Of a stretch of 64,000 bases of DNA, positions 26,978 to 37,613 are shown piece after piece. Below the pieces are notes generated by a model. It was not told the DNA's origin. It did no database searches and was given only the letters and a program-made list of their open reading frames with translations. The stretch spans positions 1-64,000 of IMG/VR virus record IMGVR_UViG_3300028608_000006, one strand, 5' to 3'. Position 1 is the first letter of the stretch; each line of letters begins with the position of its first letter. The position numbers were made by a program, and so were the translations under genes.

Positions 26978-27293
26978 CTTGGTACTCCTTAACAATCAAA
27001 GCTTCGGTGGCCTCTAAGAGCCGTACGAATTTACTCATCCACTCGTCAGTCCGTGGGACCGCCGTCCATGAGCACCCTCTTGGGTAGAACGTGGCGATCT
27101 GGACGTACAGGGGTTTACTGGGTTTATCGATATCAAACGTCTTTATCCAGATACTGGCGGTCTTCACATTGAAGTTGAAGTTAACCTTGAAGTCGTCGAC
27201 ATCGTGAATTTCGTATTGCCGCTTAGGAACATCCGTCACACCCGCTTCAGTCAGTCGGGTAAAGATGTTCTCAACATGGATTACGATTGACAT
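26958..27293 (-). CDS. hypothetical protein (111 aa)
   Basis: Start moved to MSIVIH at 27293. Confidence 0.55.
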   Translation of the reverse strand: MSIVIHVENIFTRLTEAGVTDVPKRQYEIHDVDDFKVNFNFNVKTASIWIKTFDIDKPSKPLYVQIATFYPRGCSWTAVPRTDEWMSKFVRLLEATEALIVKEYQDGKSDS

Positions 27294-27326
27294 AGAACAC
27301 CAACGAAAAATAAAGAAAGCGGACAT

Positions 27327-27352
27327 AAGGCTAGGGTGTTACCCCTAGCCTT
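27327..27352. terminator. hairpin terminator
   Basis: AAGGCTAGGG-tgtta-CCCCTAGCCTT, preceded on plus strand by GCGGACATAA. Confidence 0.7.
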
Positions 27353-27364
27353 ACTTAGCGATGC

Positions 27365-27805
27365 TTAACCGAACAGCTTAGCTGCCAGTTCGTGGTTGGC
27401 CTGGCGCTGGGTATCGAGCCAGCCGGCTTGTTCGCTGCTGTGAACGTAGTCGACGGCAGTGGTAGAGTGCCCGAACAGGAAATCTTCGCCGACTTGTTGA
27501 CGCAGGTGATGCTGGGTGTTGATGTTGAACGCGCCCATGTTCAGGGTGCCGTCGATGGTGGTCAGCTTGTCGTTATCGGCAAACTGGGTACGGCCGATTT
27601 CAGCAGTGGCTTGTTCGGCAACAGCGCTCAGGTCGTTGAAGTAATCGACGTGAGTTTGAATCGATTCGGTAGTGACACCTTCAGGCATTTCCAGTTTCTC
27701 TGGATTGAAGGTGACGTGGTTGGTTGCTTTGTCGTAGTCGGCAAATTCAACCATGTTCTTAACAGCCAGGTCCATGACTTCACCGTAAGTTTTATTAACG
27801 CTCAT
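27365..27805 (-). CDS. highly expressed early hypothetical protein (146 aa)
   Basis: GAGG RBS, very strong codon bias, monocistronic between an early promoter and a hairpin. Confidence 0.75.
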   Translation of the reverse strand: MSVNKTYGEVMDLAVKNMVEFADYDKATNHVTFNPEKLEMPEGVTTESIQTHVDYFNDLSAVAEQATAEIGRTQFADNDKLTTIDGTLNMGAFNINTQHHLRQQVGEDFLFGHSTTAVDYVHSSEQAGWLDTQRQANHELAAKLFG

Positions 27806-27902
27806 AACTAACCTCTTTGTTTTGAATGAAAGGATACAATGATGTAACAAACAAAGGAATGTGTTCACTCCTCCCCAGGTATGAGCCTGCGTTGTCCTAA
27901 AA

Positions 27903-27919
27903 GTAATATAGGTGTGAAA
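27903..27919 (-). promoter_or_regulatory. early promoter
   Basis: Minus strand TTTCACACCTATATTAC. Confidence 0.75.
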
Positions 27920-27963
27920 TATTCCAGCCCGAGCAACGTCAATTACTCGGGCTGGGCCCGGTG

Positions 27964-28980
27964 TTACAACAGGTGTGCAGCACCCAGCGATTGGATCGGC
28001 GCGGTGTAGTTGTAGGCCGAAGCAATTTGACGGACGCTGAAAGGACGGCTAGCCTTTTCTTGCTTGGCGGCGAACTCGATCAACCACTGCTTGAACTCGC
28101 TGGAGTAGTCGATGTCTTTCGGCAGGACTACTTCCAGGCCAGGGTACTGCTGGGAGCAGACTTCGATGGTGGTCGAAGGATCCGGATCATCTTGGTCGAT
28201 CAGCAGTTCGAACACGCTGGCGTCAGGCGCAGCAGCGGCCGCAGCAGTGGTCAGCTCGTCGTACAGCTTCGAGGTGTCGGCGTGTTCTTGGTTAACCTGA
28301 ACAACCACGTCGAGGATGTCGAACAGATCCCAGTGGTTCATTGCCACGCCTTCGAACGCTTCGAAGTACTTCATCGCTTGGTAGAGATGAGCGGCGAAGA
28401 ACTCAGGAGTAAACCCGTCAGTCTTCAGCAGGATGGACAGATCAACCGTTTGGTCGATGTACATGGTGTGAGGCTTTTCAGTCCCCACCGACAGATCGAA
28501 CTGAGCGGACAGGTAGTCCATCATCAGTTTGGCGCGGGTGTCGACGTCGTCTTCCAATGCGAAAGCGATCAGTGCGTCGTCGAAGCCCAGAAGGCGGCTT
28601 GCTACAATCTTGAACAGCTCACGGTTGTTCTTGAACTCGATGGCCGCGATACGGTTGCTGATAGCAACGTTGGTTGGGTTCTCACCCGCCACGGTATCTT
28701 TGGTCCAGGCCGTCAGACGGCTACCGGTGGAGATCATGTGCAACTTGACGATCTTGGCGATGTAGATACGGACCGCTTCAGATTTCTGTGGGCTGGTGAA
28801 CACACCCTGAATGAGGTGACGGTCACGGTCGTTAGCGTCGAAAGAACGATCCCATTCTTCCTGCGAGGTCCGGAACAGCGCCTGAATCACTTTGGAGCCG
28901 TTGACCACATCACGCATGTGAAGGATGAACGACTGGTAATCCAGAAAAGGAATCAGGTTGGCTTGTGGAACTGCACTCAT
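27964..28980 (-). CDS. probable head-associated structural protein (phiKZ gp174 position, 338 aa)
   Basis: Start moved to MSAVPQ (AGGAG RBS); synteny next to the protease. Confidence 0.55.
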   Translation of the reverse strand: MSAVPQANLIPFLDYQSFILHMRDVVNGSKVIQALFRTSQEEWDRSFDANDRDRHLIQGVFTSPQKSEAVRIYIAKIVKLHMISTGSRLTAWTKDTVAGENPTNVAISNRIAAIEFKNNRELFKIVASRLLGFDDALIAFALEDDVDTRAKLMMDYLSAQFDLSVGTEKPHTMYIDQTVDLSILLKTDGFTPEFFAAHLYQAMKYFEAFEGVAMNHWDLFDILDVVVQVNQEHADTSKLYDELTTAAAAAAPDASVFELLIDQDDPDPSTTIEVCSQQYPGLEVVLPKDIDYSSEFKQWLIEFAAKQEKASRPFSVRQIASAYNYTAPIQSLGAAHLL

Positions 28981-29087
28981 TAAAATTCTCCTAGGAATGG
29001 TCGTGTTGCTCTGCAATATAAAGGATGCACGGTACATAAAAATAGACAAGGCCGATGGGTTGCCCCACCGACCTTATCCACCCGGGT

Positions 29088-29936
29088 TTAACCGAAGACG
29101 CCCAGCGAGTTGGATTGGATCAACTGGATAGGCTTCTTGACTTGCAAGCGCTTCAGTTGTTCTACCATCTCGCTAACACGGTTGAAGCTTTCCGAACCTT
29201 CGAAACGAGCCAGAAGGATTGGGTCCTTCATGTTCTTCTCGCAGGTGAAGATCACTTCGTCGATGGTGGTCGATACTTCCACCATTGGAGCACCCTGCAC
29301 TTCCTGGATGTAGCTCTCCAGACCGGCGGTGAGGTGTTTGCAAGCGCGCAGTACGCCCTGCTCTACCACAACGTCGTAAGTACTGTGATACTCGACCTCA
29401 CGCACCATGTCACCCATGCGTTGCGGTTTAGTCACAGAACGGAGGCTCAACGCGAAGTTGATGTCGGGGTTAGCCAACGCATCAGCCGTCCAATCCTTGT
29501 AAGGACCGAATGGAGCCAACTCAACTTCGTTGTACACCGGTGCGGAATCGTTACCCGTCATGATCCAGTGGATCTTGCGGATGTGAGCACACACGTTGGC
29601 CATCTCGATCGTGCGCAGACGGTTGATCCATTGAAAGACCTCCGTGATCTGCGTACGAACGATTTGACCGTTGATGCGTTCCATGAAGTACTGAGGAGGG
29701 TGCCCCAGCTCACAATACACCTGGCCTTCGCTGACGCGACGGTTCAGGTCACTCTCGGGAGCCATGCACTCCTTCAAGTACTGATTGAGGCGATACGAAA
29801 TGCCGCCGCGGTTTGGGATGTTGAACCCACCCGCGTTCATCCGGGTATACCCGGAACCGTCGCTCATCGGCTTGAGAATGCCACGCTTGCCAGATTCGGC
29901 CAGCATGATGTTCCCAAAAGAAATGACCTGACTCAT
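29088..29936 (-). CDS. prohead (head maturation) protease, phiKZ gp175-like
   Basis: GGFNIPNRGGISY and YCELGHP motifs plus SLRS/TYD; position upstream of the vRNAP block. Confidence 0.8.
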   Translation of the reverse strand: MSQVISFGNIMLAESGKRGILKPMSDGSGYTRMNAGGFNIPNRGGISYRLNQYLKECMAPESDLNRRVSEGQVYCELGHPPQYFMERINGQIVRTQITEVFQWINRLRTIEMANVCAHIRKIHWIMTGNDSAPVYNEVELAPFGPYKDWTADALANPDINFALSLRSVTKPQRMGDMVREVEYHSTYDVVVEQGVLRACKHLTAGLESYIQEVQGAPMVEVSTTIDEVIFTCEKNMKDPILLARFEGSESFNRVSEMVEQLKRLQVKKPIQLIQSNSLGVFG

Positions 29937-30658
29937 TTTGGAACTCCTTTAATGATCTCTTCGAGATCCGTGACTTTGGTGTCAGGGTTAACGATAGCCG
30001 CCAACGTGTTGTCCTGAAGATACCCGCCCAACAGCTTAGAGAAAGTACCGTCAATCAACATTGCACTGTTGTTGAGCCCCACGATCGCAGGAGGTCGACC
30101 TTCCAGCATAGCTTTACTGTGCCGATAAGCGACGTCCAAGTTATCAGGGTCCCGGAACTGCAACGAGTTGAACACACGCATGACTTGTGGACTGCTACCG
30201 ACTTTACCGCCGCACTCATACTGCGCGTAGTCATAGAGGGAAGTCAGGTCATCCTTGTTCATATACCAAGGCTTTTTGGAGTACAGGTTGAACTCCAGGT
30301 AGTACTGGTGAGGTTTGTTGGGGTCTTGCAGCACATCGAGGTTTTCAATCAGGGTATCACCCTTCTGGAATTCCAAGATCAAGTACTGCACCCCTTCAAT
30401 GGCCGCTTCACGGATGCTGAGAGGCACCAGTGTAATGTCCATCAAAGCCAAAAGGGGAGCGTAACACTCCCCCGGAATGACCAGCCCCAGCACAGCCGAA
30501 GTCCAGACTGTCTCCCCCACGACCGCCATACCGTTTTCCACAAACCGTTTAGGGATATGGATTTCCATTGGACGGTTAGCAATAACACTGCCGTCCTCCA
30601 GAACGGTATAAGCTTTATGGATGCGAGCATCGTCTCTGACTAGGTGGCTGATTTCCAT
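29933..30658 (-). CDS. virion protein, phiKZ gp176-like (proposed extra vRNAP beta-prime C-terminal subunit)
   Basis: Synteny; C-terminus VGLNNSAMLIDGTFSKLLGGYLQDNTLAAI resembles the RNAP beta-prime region H pattern. Confidence 0.55.
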   Translation of the reverse strand: MEISHLVRDDARIHKAYTVLEDGSVIANRPMEIHIPKRFVENGMAVVGETVWTSAVLGLVIPGECYAPLLALMDITLVPLSIREAAIEGVQYLILEFQKGDTLIENLDVLQDPNKPHQYYLEFNLYSKKPWYMNKDDLTSLYDYAQYECGGKVGSSPQVMRVFNSLQFRDPDNLDVAYRHSKAMLEGRPPAIVGLNNSAMLIDGTFSKLLGGYLQDNTLAAIVNPDTKVTDLEEIIKGVPK

Positions 30659-30663
30659 ACTGC

Positions 30664-32220
30664 TTACGCCCCGATGGAGTGCTTAACGATCAGTTTGATC
30701 AGGGCTGCGTGCAGACGCTGACGTTTGGCCGCGGTGTCTTCCTGCGTCTCAACAGAAACGTAGGTAGCCTCCACGATGTCAGCAGCCAGGTTGCATTCAA
30801 CAGCGCGCAGGAACGCAGGCACCAGACCACCGGCCATCAGCGCTTGCAGAACCACACCGTCGTGCTCACCTTCAACAGCCAGCATTTCACCGCTGTTATC
30901 GCCACGACGAGCAGCGAGCGCACGAGATACAGCGTAGTACGCCTTCTCGTATTCGTCACCCATCTTGACCGAGAACCACTGGTCGACCATGAACTTGCCA
31001 TTAACCAGGCTACCGACGCGATCGTTCAACTTCGGGGTTTCCAGCAGGAACTTCAGAGCACGCTCACGCGCAGCCTTGATGAACAGTTGCTTGGCCTTGC
31101 TGCTCAGCGAGGTATCGATGGACTTGTAGTAAGCGCCCGCCCATTCCTTCACGAAGTCAGGAGTGGTGAGTGCCGACGCAGGGTTCACGTCAACCTTGTT
31201 GAAGCGAGCGAAGGTAACAGCCACCAGCCACTCTTTGAAGCTGATGCCGTGTTCTTCCAGCAATGCCAGCGATTGCGCCGTGTAGAAGATCTGCACGTTG
31301 CCGGACATGAACTTGGCGCCTTCGTAGTCCTTGTTCGGGTGGTCGGCCAAACGGATTGGCTCGAGTTCACCGATGGCTACAACGCGGCTCTTGTAAGCAG
31401 TCGCGATCTGCTTCAAGCTGATGAGGTAACGGGTCATGCCGTTCCACAGCAGGTTCACGTACTCGCGGTAGTCCGACAGCTTACCGCCCGACAGCCACTT
31501 CACTGGGTTCTCGTCGGTAACCATTTTGGTCAGGACGACATACATCTTGAGCAGGCGGTTGATTTCCAGGCTCTTGATGACACCGAAGTTGAAGACGCTG
31601 TTCTTCACGCTGAAGATGTTCTGCAACTCGTAGATGTCGGTCACCGAGTTCGCAGCGCGCGACAAGTCGTACTCGTCGTTGCTCAGGATCTCGACCACGT
31701 CAGGGTGCGACGTGTTGACGTATTCCTTGATCTCTTCCGAGCTGGCGTAGTTGAACTGAAGACGGTTCAACGCTTCCAACGAGATGTTGGAGAAGTCCAG
31801 GGCGCTGTTCTTCACTTCGGTCGGGTAGATCTGCGACTCGAAGAACGGATCGTCAACGTTGACGAAGTTGTAGGTCATACGGCTGAAGCTCAGGTCTTGC
31901 AAGCGATCAGACGTATAAAGGAGACCCAACTCAGCAGCCAACGACTTGGCAAATGGAACGCCGAAGTCCTTGATCATGTCGAAGCCACCACGGATCACAG
32001 CAGCCAGACGGTCGCTGGTAGCGTCCATGACTTGGCTGTGTGGGGTGATCTCGCCAGTCACACGAACGATCTCGTCGCGGAAACCAGCAGGGGTGTAAGC
32101 GGCAGAACCGTAGCTCTGTTCGTTCAGACCGACGACCAGGTTCTTAACGCGGATCGGGGTATCGGAGTTGTGGGCAACCGCGATGGATTCAGCGAGTGCA
32201 AGGCTCGAACGACTGATCAT
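30664..32220 (-). CDS. virion (head) structural protein, phiKZ gp177-like
   Basis: 518 aa, strong codon bias, synteny. Confidence 0.6.
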   Translation of the reverse strand: MISRSSLALAESIAVAHNSDTPIRVKNLVVGLNEQSYGSAAYTPAGFRDEIVRVTGEITPHSQVMDATSDRLAAVIRGGFDMIKDFGVPFAKSLAAELGLLYTSDRLQDLSFSRMTYNFVNVDDPFFESQIYPTEVKNSALDFSNISLEALNRLQFNYASSEEIKEYVNTSHPDVVEILSNDEYDLSRAANSVTDIYELQNIFSVKNSVFNFGVIKSLEINRLLKMYVVLTKMVTDENPVKWLSGGKLSDYREYVNLLWNGMTRYLISLKQIATAYKSRVVAIGELEPIRLADHPNKDYEGAKFMSGNVQIFYTAQSLALLEEHGISFKEWLVAVTFARFNKVDVNPASALTTPDFVKEWAGAYYKSIDTSLSSKAKQLFIKAARERALKFLLETPKLNDRVGSLVNGKFMVDQWFSVKMGDEYEKAYYAVSRALAARRGDNSGEMLAVEGEHDGVVLQALMAGGLVPAFLRAVECNLAADIVEATYVSVETQEDTAAKRQRLHAALIKLIVKHSIGA

Positions 32221-32390
32221 TGTTTATCCCCTGTCACAGCAGCGTTGATGGCTTTGCTGATGTGTTCGTCCTGGATGGCAGGAGGCATTGGAGCGATGAA
32301 CTCCAAACCAACCTTGTTGATAGTGCTCTTCACGAGTTCCACCGTGTTGGCGATAGACACCGTGTCTTGAATGAAAGTTTGCTGGTTCAT
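32217..32390 (-). CDS. small hypothetical protein (57 aa), not in ORF track
   Basis: MNQQTFIQDTVSIANTVELVKSTINKVGLEFIAPMPPAIQDEHISKAINAAVTGDKQ; ATGA overlap with the gp177-like start. Confidence 0.7.
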   Translation of the reverse strand: MNQQTFIQDTVSIANTVELVKSTINKVGLEFIAPMPPAIQDEHISKAINAAVTGDKQ

Positions 32391-32419
32391 GGTGAACGAC
32401 CCTTTACGGAAGAATGGGA

Positions 32420-33295
32420 TTAAGCAGCGGTCAGGACACGATTGACTGTGTCCATCCCTTTGTAATACGTGTCGTACAAGCGAGCGTTGATTTCGCCCAC
32501 AGTGATCTGCCCGTCCTTGTCGTAGTCGAAGCCAGAGTTCTGACGATAGCCAGTAGCCTCAACGTCCTTACGGAAGATAACGGTATCAGCGGACAACCCA
32601 ACCGCTTTCGGGTAGAAGATGGTCAGGTAGAAGTCTTCCAGCTGCGTGTAGGTCTTGCCACGCTTCGCCCACATGTCGAAGTAAGCGAACACCCACTTGA
32701 GTTGTTCGATCTGTGGCAGAACCCGCAGCGATGCGGTGGTGGTCTTGAGGTCAGCAGCCGCCATGTCGCCGAACTGGATCAAGCCGAAGTACTTGGCCCC
32801 TGCACCGTTCTGAATGGTCGGGCTGAACGTACCACCCGTTTCAAAGCACATGCAGGACATCAGCCAGTCCACAGCTTCATCAGGCCAGTTGCGGGCTTTG
32901 CAACCCGCGATGACCGCGTCCAGAAACTCCTTCGATACCTTGGTACTCCAGGCTGCCTTATAACGAGGCAAACGGTGTTGTTGGATATAGCCATCGAGTG
33001 CTTTACGGACACCCGATTTAGTGCCTTTACCGTAGACACCATCCACCTTACCGTCGTACAGCCCAGCCGCCTTCAGCAGATCCTGAATGCTTACAATGGC
33101 TTTCACCGTTGCATCACCTGGAATCGTCGAAGGAGGAATGTTCGGTAGGTCCATGCGTTTGTACGCGGTGAGCAGGGACATCATGGCGAACAGACTGCCG
33201 CCTCCCCATGCACCGTCGATACCGGAAGTGTAGAGACCACTTTCCTTCAGCATTACCTGAACGTCTTTGATACCGTTGGAGTTTCTGTAGTTCAT
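32420..33295 (-). CDS. modular endolysin: two PG-binding repeats + lysozyme-like/transglycosylase domain
   Basis: LY...IDG.WG and LYDGKVDGVYGKGT PG_binding_1 repeats; MCFETGGTFSP...YFGLIQF catalytic region. Confidence 0.8.
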   Translation of the reverse strand: MNYRNSNGIKDVQVMLKESGLYTSGIDGAWGGGSLFAMMSLLTAYKRMDLPNIPPSTIPGDATVKAIVSIQDLLKAAGLYDGKVDGVYGKGTKSGVRKALDGYIQQHRLPRYKAAWSTKVSKEFLDAVIAGCKARNWPDEAVDWLMSCMCFETGGTFSPTIQNGAGAKYFGLIQFGDMAAADLKTTTASLRVLPQIEQLKWVFAYFDMWAKRGKTYTQLEDFYLTIFYPKAVGLSADTVIFRKDVEATGYRQNSGFDYDKDGQITVGEINARLYDTYYKGMDTVNRVLTAA

Positions 33296-33296
33296 G

Positions 33297-36200
33297 TTAC
33301 TTACCTCGATAGATGGCGATGGCTTGTTTAGTGACCGCGATGGTGAGTTCGCAACTGACCAGCTTGTTACGGAAACTCAACACCATTCGGTTAAACATAC
33401 CTTTAAGACTGGTTTTGATCAGAACTTCACGACCATCTTCGGTCATCAGGGGCTTGTGCATGATGCGACCCACTGTGCCTTTCATCTGGTTCGCGATAAC
33501 GTATTTGTCCGCGTTGGTACTTGGATCCATGGACTCCACCAAGATGGTGACGAACGCTTTACCAGGCGACAGAATCGGCTTGTTAACGTTCAAGCTGTTA
33601 GACACAGCTCCCTTTACAACATCGGACCCTTCAATCTCTGCGGTTCTCTTGCGGGCTTTGTCCTGAGAGGTGATGAACTTCTTCACCGTCTCCGACATAT
33701 CTTCGGGTGCAGAGTTATACACCACGTCGATTTTGATGACCTTGCCGTGATGCTTGGAACGAACTTGCCGGATACCCAGTTTGTTCATTTCCGTGGCGAG
33801 ACTAACTTCAGCAACATCGCCCACCAAGTGAGCGTCTTCAACGTTGCATAAAATCGAGTCATAGTCAACAGAATCGCCCACTTTAACTTCGAGGCTGATG
33901 TTCTGTACCACGTCGATCGCGAAACGCATACCTTTGATGTACGGAGTAACACCTTCCATAGCCAGTTCTTTCGCAATGGCGATGGAGTCTTCGTACACGT
34001 CCTGGTCTTCCACCATGGCAATCCGCACCATGCGCCCTGCTTTCCAAGCCACTTGACCTGGGCAGAAAGCGTCTCGAGCAAACCACTGCTCATCCCAACC
34101 AATCACATCACCCTTATTAAAGCTATCGCCAACCTTGAGGTCAGTGATCCGGGTATGTCGATGGTATTCACCTGCTGCCTCACCGATAGCCAACCCGAGA
34201 GGGTAGACGTCAGTGGTGCCGTCCTTATACGTCACTCTGAGAGCGTCCTCAGTGACTTCTGTGACCTTGCCAGCGTCAGTAGCTACCTTGCTGTACAGAT
34301 CGGACGTACGGTGCGCTACGACGTTCTCGTAGCCGGTACGGAGGATGTTCGGCGTGTAGTTCATTGCACTGACCGCCTGACTCGCTTGAGTCGAGGTAAA
34401 GGTCGAACGTTTCGGGTCATCGTGACCCACGCCGTACTGCAAGTTACCCGTAACCGATACCAAACCCGAGTTGGACGGTTTCTCACCCAGAGCGATGTTA
34501 CCCCGGAAGTCTTTGATGCTAGGGTCAGAGGTCAGGTAGGTTACGAAGCCTACTTTACCGCTGTCCTTGTTCGCCTCCGAGATCTTGCCCTTGTAAGTGT
34601 CCAGCTGCTGACGAGCGCGTTTCACCATGGTGATCTCACTACGACCACCCACACCGCCGAAGGTTACTTCTTCCTGATCCTTCAACTGGTGAATCGGGTT
34701 CACCTCTTCCACCAAGTTCACCGAGGTATCGGTAATGATGTTGAGGATAACCGCTTCAGGGTTGATGTCGATGGTGTGCTTGCGCTCTTTGCCTTTGTTC
34801 CGGTACATGCGAATGGCTTTCACCAATTCCCGGTACACATGACCCGCAAACCGCTCGTAACCCACGATGCGTTGTTCTTCAATCTCTACTTCATGACGCG
34901 AGTAGTCCGTCTCCAGCAACTTCACAGCGTCGATCAGCAGATAGTGGAAGGACGTCGCATAACCCAACTTCGCCAGCTCTTCCTTGGTCACCGGGTCGAT
35001 GAACAGGTCGAACAGGTTCTTCATTTCCTTGAACTGCTGAGGCTTAACCTTTGGATCGCCCATCAATGGAACCCAGATACCTTTCTCGTTGAGATCGGTG
35101 CGACTGAAGTTACTGATGTTGTTCAGCTTCGGCATACCACCGAAGATCAGGCTGGCCAGTTTCTCACGACGGTTGAAGATCAGGTACTCGTCGTTGAAAG
35201 CAATAGCGTACTCATCTTCACTGAGCTTAGGACGGGTGCCCATTGGAACAGTGCGAGTGGTCGCCTTGGTAACTTGGATCAGCTTGTCGATACCGAAGTA
35301 GTAGCAGAGCACCACACCAATCGGGAAGTGATACCCGCTGATGTTGATGACCGCGTACTCGATAGGCGCCTTGGCCAAAGACACACCGCACAGACCCTCT
35401 AGGGTGCCCATCTCGGTGTCGCCGTGGTAAAGGTTACCGTAACTGTCAATCCACAGCGGCTTGCCCGCCTTAACGCCCACCAGGAAGCACTCCTTCTTGG
35501 TGTACTTCAAGCGGTAATCAGGATACTTCTCCAGCAACTCGTCAATACGGAAGTCGAGAGTAACGTCGCCAACAGTAATGAACGTGAACTTCTTCGCCAG
35601 AATGCTGTAGATCCGTGGGGAGATGTAGTCAGGGTTGTAACCCGAACCTTGGCTGTAAGTCAGGAAGGCAGCCTCACCTTCTTTCTTCATGCCACGGGTA
35701 CGGATCTGTTTCACCAGCCACAGACCGTAGTCGTCCACCACCTTCTGGCTACGCAGCACCATGAGCTTGCGGTCATAGTAGCTGGTCAGAGCAACCTTGA
35801 AAGCGTTGATCTTGCGGATCGGCAGTTCCATGCGTTGCAGTTGCATGTGTTGCTTCACACCGTCAACAGTGAAAGACCCATCCTTCTGCACTTTAGGCAA
35901 ACGGATCTGGTGGGTACTTTGAGCGCCGTCTACAGGGTGAAGCTGAATGCGCAGTACGTCGTAGGCACCTTCAACACCGGAAATCGATTCGGTCTTGTAG
36001 TCAGCTACCGCAACACCGGCGTTCTGCACACCCACTACCATCTTGGCAATGTCTTTGTGCAGGAAGCGCTGAGCGTACTCTTGTTTCAATACAGCGGAGC
36101 GGCTACGGAGCATGCTCTCGTCAAGCACGGTGATGAAGTTACCTTCGATCTTGCCGTCCAACGAGTTGATCTCTTCTTGAGAGATGTGCATGTATTCGCC

Positions 36201-37613
36201 CAGTGTCTGACCGTTCTCCATTTCAATGTGCTGGAAGGCAGTGCCCTTGCGCATGAAGAAGTTTTGTTCAGAGACTGTCAGAACGCCATCACGAGCACGT
36301 TCTTCCAAAGCCGCACGGATGCCAGACTCAGGGGTAGGGAACGCATCCTTGTTGGTCGAGATCTCCACCGAAGTGGTTTCAACGTCCAACAGGGAGTCAT
36401 CTACGTTACTTGTCCAATCCCCAGCAGCTTCATCAGCTGTATGTTCTGCCGCATCTCCTTGCCCTTCCACCAGTGCGCCGTTATGTCCCGCGTCACTGCT
36501 GAAAACATCAAGGATGCTACTATCAGCAGAATGATCATCCACAGGCGCATCTTTGCCAGCAGGCGAGGTTGCTTCTCCGTTACCGGATGCTCGTCCTTGC
36601 CCTTTCGCAGCTCCCGCCTTTCCTTGAGCCACTGAAGCGTCGTTTTCCGCTCCACCGGATCCGTTGGCTCCTGTTCCATCTTTCTTCTCCTCGTCGGTAA
36701 TATCCTTTTCACTTACCGAACCACGGGACAAGTTCATCAACGCCAAGTAGAAACGCTTGGTTACGTTGAGACGCTTGGGAGAAACTGCTTCAGTCTTGTC
36801 CTTCGTGTTCAGCTCGTCAAGCCAGGACTTGATCGTTTTAACGTTGATGATCAATGCCTTGCTGTTCGAAGTAAAGATGAAGTGCAGGTCGTCTTCCGCC
36901 TGAGGGCTCAACTTACCGAACAAACTGTACTCGTACTGTCCCTGTAGGAAAGCCAACAGATCCAGCAACCAGTATGTCCCCTCGGCTTTAGTTACCCGAA
37001 GAGATTGGTTACTAGGAACTGGAAGACCTTCTTTAAAGCTTCCGATATACTTTTCATAATCGACCATCAACTCTTTGTAAGAGGGAACGTTGATCGGGAG
37101 TTCCATTCGCAGGAACTGTTTACGGGTCTGTGTGCGGGCTGCCTCCTCATTCGCACCCTCAACCAACATGTTCAGCCGGTTGTAATGGATTTCGAAGTTA
37201 ACGAAGGTCGCTGCACGTTGAGCCCAGGTTTTGTCCGCAATGCCGTAGTTCTTCACAACCAGCACATCGTTTCGGCGATACACCGTGTTGATGTCTTTGG
37301 TCCAGTTGTAGTTGTAGTGGCTGGCGCGATACGCTTGAATCGCTTTCTTGATGTCGAACGCCAACACACGACCATGCCCCAACACCGGAGTGAAACGAGG
37401 CACGAACTCAACGAACACGTCTTCTGGGAAGTTAGAGATAAACGCTTCCGACACAGAAGGACCGTACTCACTCGCCAGCTTCGGTACAAAGTGCACCAAG
37501 GCTTGCTTCGGCATGACAATCTCGCTCACGCCGATAAAGTTGGGCTCTATGAGCTCCTGTTTCTTCCGTTGTACAAACAGCTTGAAAAACTCACTGTACG
37601 TAAGAAGCCGCAT
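33297..37613 (-). CDS. virion RNA polymerase beta subunit, large fragment (phiKZ gp178-like)
   Basis: 1438 aa; HDDPKR...QASQ, NVVAHRT, EDSI and DKYVIANQMKGTV beta-type motifs. Confidence 0.88.
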   Translation of the reverse strand: MRLLTYSEFFKLFVQRKKQELIEPNFIGVSEIVMPKQALVHFVPKLASEYGPSVSEAFISNFPEDVFVEFVPRFTPVLGHGRVLAFDIKKAIQAYRASHYNYNWTKDINTVYRRNDVLVVKNYGIADKTWAQRAATFVNFEIHYNRLNMLVEGANEEAARTQTRKQFLRMELPINVPSYKELMVDYEKYIGSFKEGLPVPSNQSLRVTKAEGTYWLLDLLAFLQGQYEYSLFGKLSPQAEDDLHFIFTSNSKALIINVKTIKSWLDELNTKDKTEAVSPKRLNVTKRFYLALMNLSRGSVSEKDITDEEKKDGTGANGSGGAENDASVAQGKAGAAKGQGRASGNGEATSPAGKDAPVDDHSADSSILDVFSSDAGHNGALVEGQGDAAEHTADEAAGDWTSNVDDSLLDVETTSVEISTNKDAFPTPESGIRAALEERARDGVLTVSEQNFFMRKGTAFQHIEMENGQTLGEYMHISQEEINSLDGKIEGNFITVLDESMLRSRSAVLKQEYAQRFLHKDIAKMVVGVQNAGVAVADYKTESISGVEGAYDVLRIQLHPVDGAQSTHQIRLPKVQKDGSFTVDGVKQHMQLQRMELPIRKINAFKVALTSYYDRKLMVLRSQKVVDDYGLWLVKQIRTRGMKKEGEAAFLTYSQGSGYNPDYISPRIYSILAKKFTFITVGDVTLDFRIDELLEKYPDYRLKYTKKECFLVGVKAGKPLWIDSYGNLYHGDTEMGTLEGLCGVSLAKAPIEYAVINISGYHFPIGVVLCYYFGIDKLIQVTKATTRTVPMGTRPKLSEDEYAIAFNDEYLIFNRREKLASLIFGGMPKLNNISNFSRTDLNEKGIWVPLMGDPKVKPQQFKEMKNLFDLFIDPVTKEELAKLGYATSFHYLLIDAVKLLETDYSRHEVEIEEQRIVGYERFAGHVYRELVKAIRMYRNKGKERKHTIDINPEAVILNIITDTSVNLVEEVNPIHQLKDQEEVTFGGVGGRSEITMVKRARQQLDTYKGKISEANKDSGKVGFVTYLTSDPSIKDFRGNIALGEKPSNSGLVSVTGNLQYGVGHDDPKRSTFTSTQASQAVSAMNYTPNILRTGYENVVAHRTSDLYSKVATDAGKVTEVTEDALRVTYKDGTTDVYPLGLAIGEAAGEYHRHTRITDLKVGDSFNKGDVIGWDEQWFARDAFCPGQVAWKAGRMVRIAMVEDQDVYEDSIAIAKELAMEGVTPYIKGMRFAIDVVQNISLEVKVGDSVDYDSILCNVEDAHLVGDVAEVSLATEMNKLGIRQVRSKHHGKVIKIDVVYNSAPEDMSETVKKFITSQDKARKRTAEIEGSDVVKGAVSNSLNVNKPILSPGKAFVTILVESMDPSTNADKYVIANQMKGTVGRIMHKPLMTEDGREVLIKTSLKGMFNRMVLSFRNKLVSCELTIAVTKQAIAIYRGK

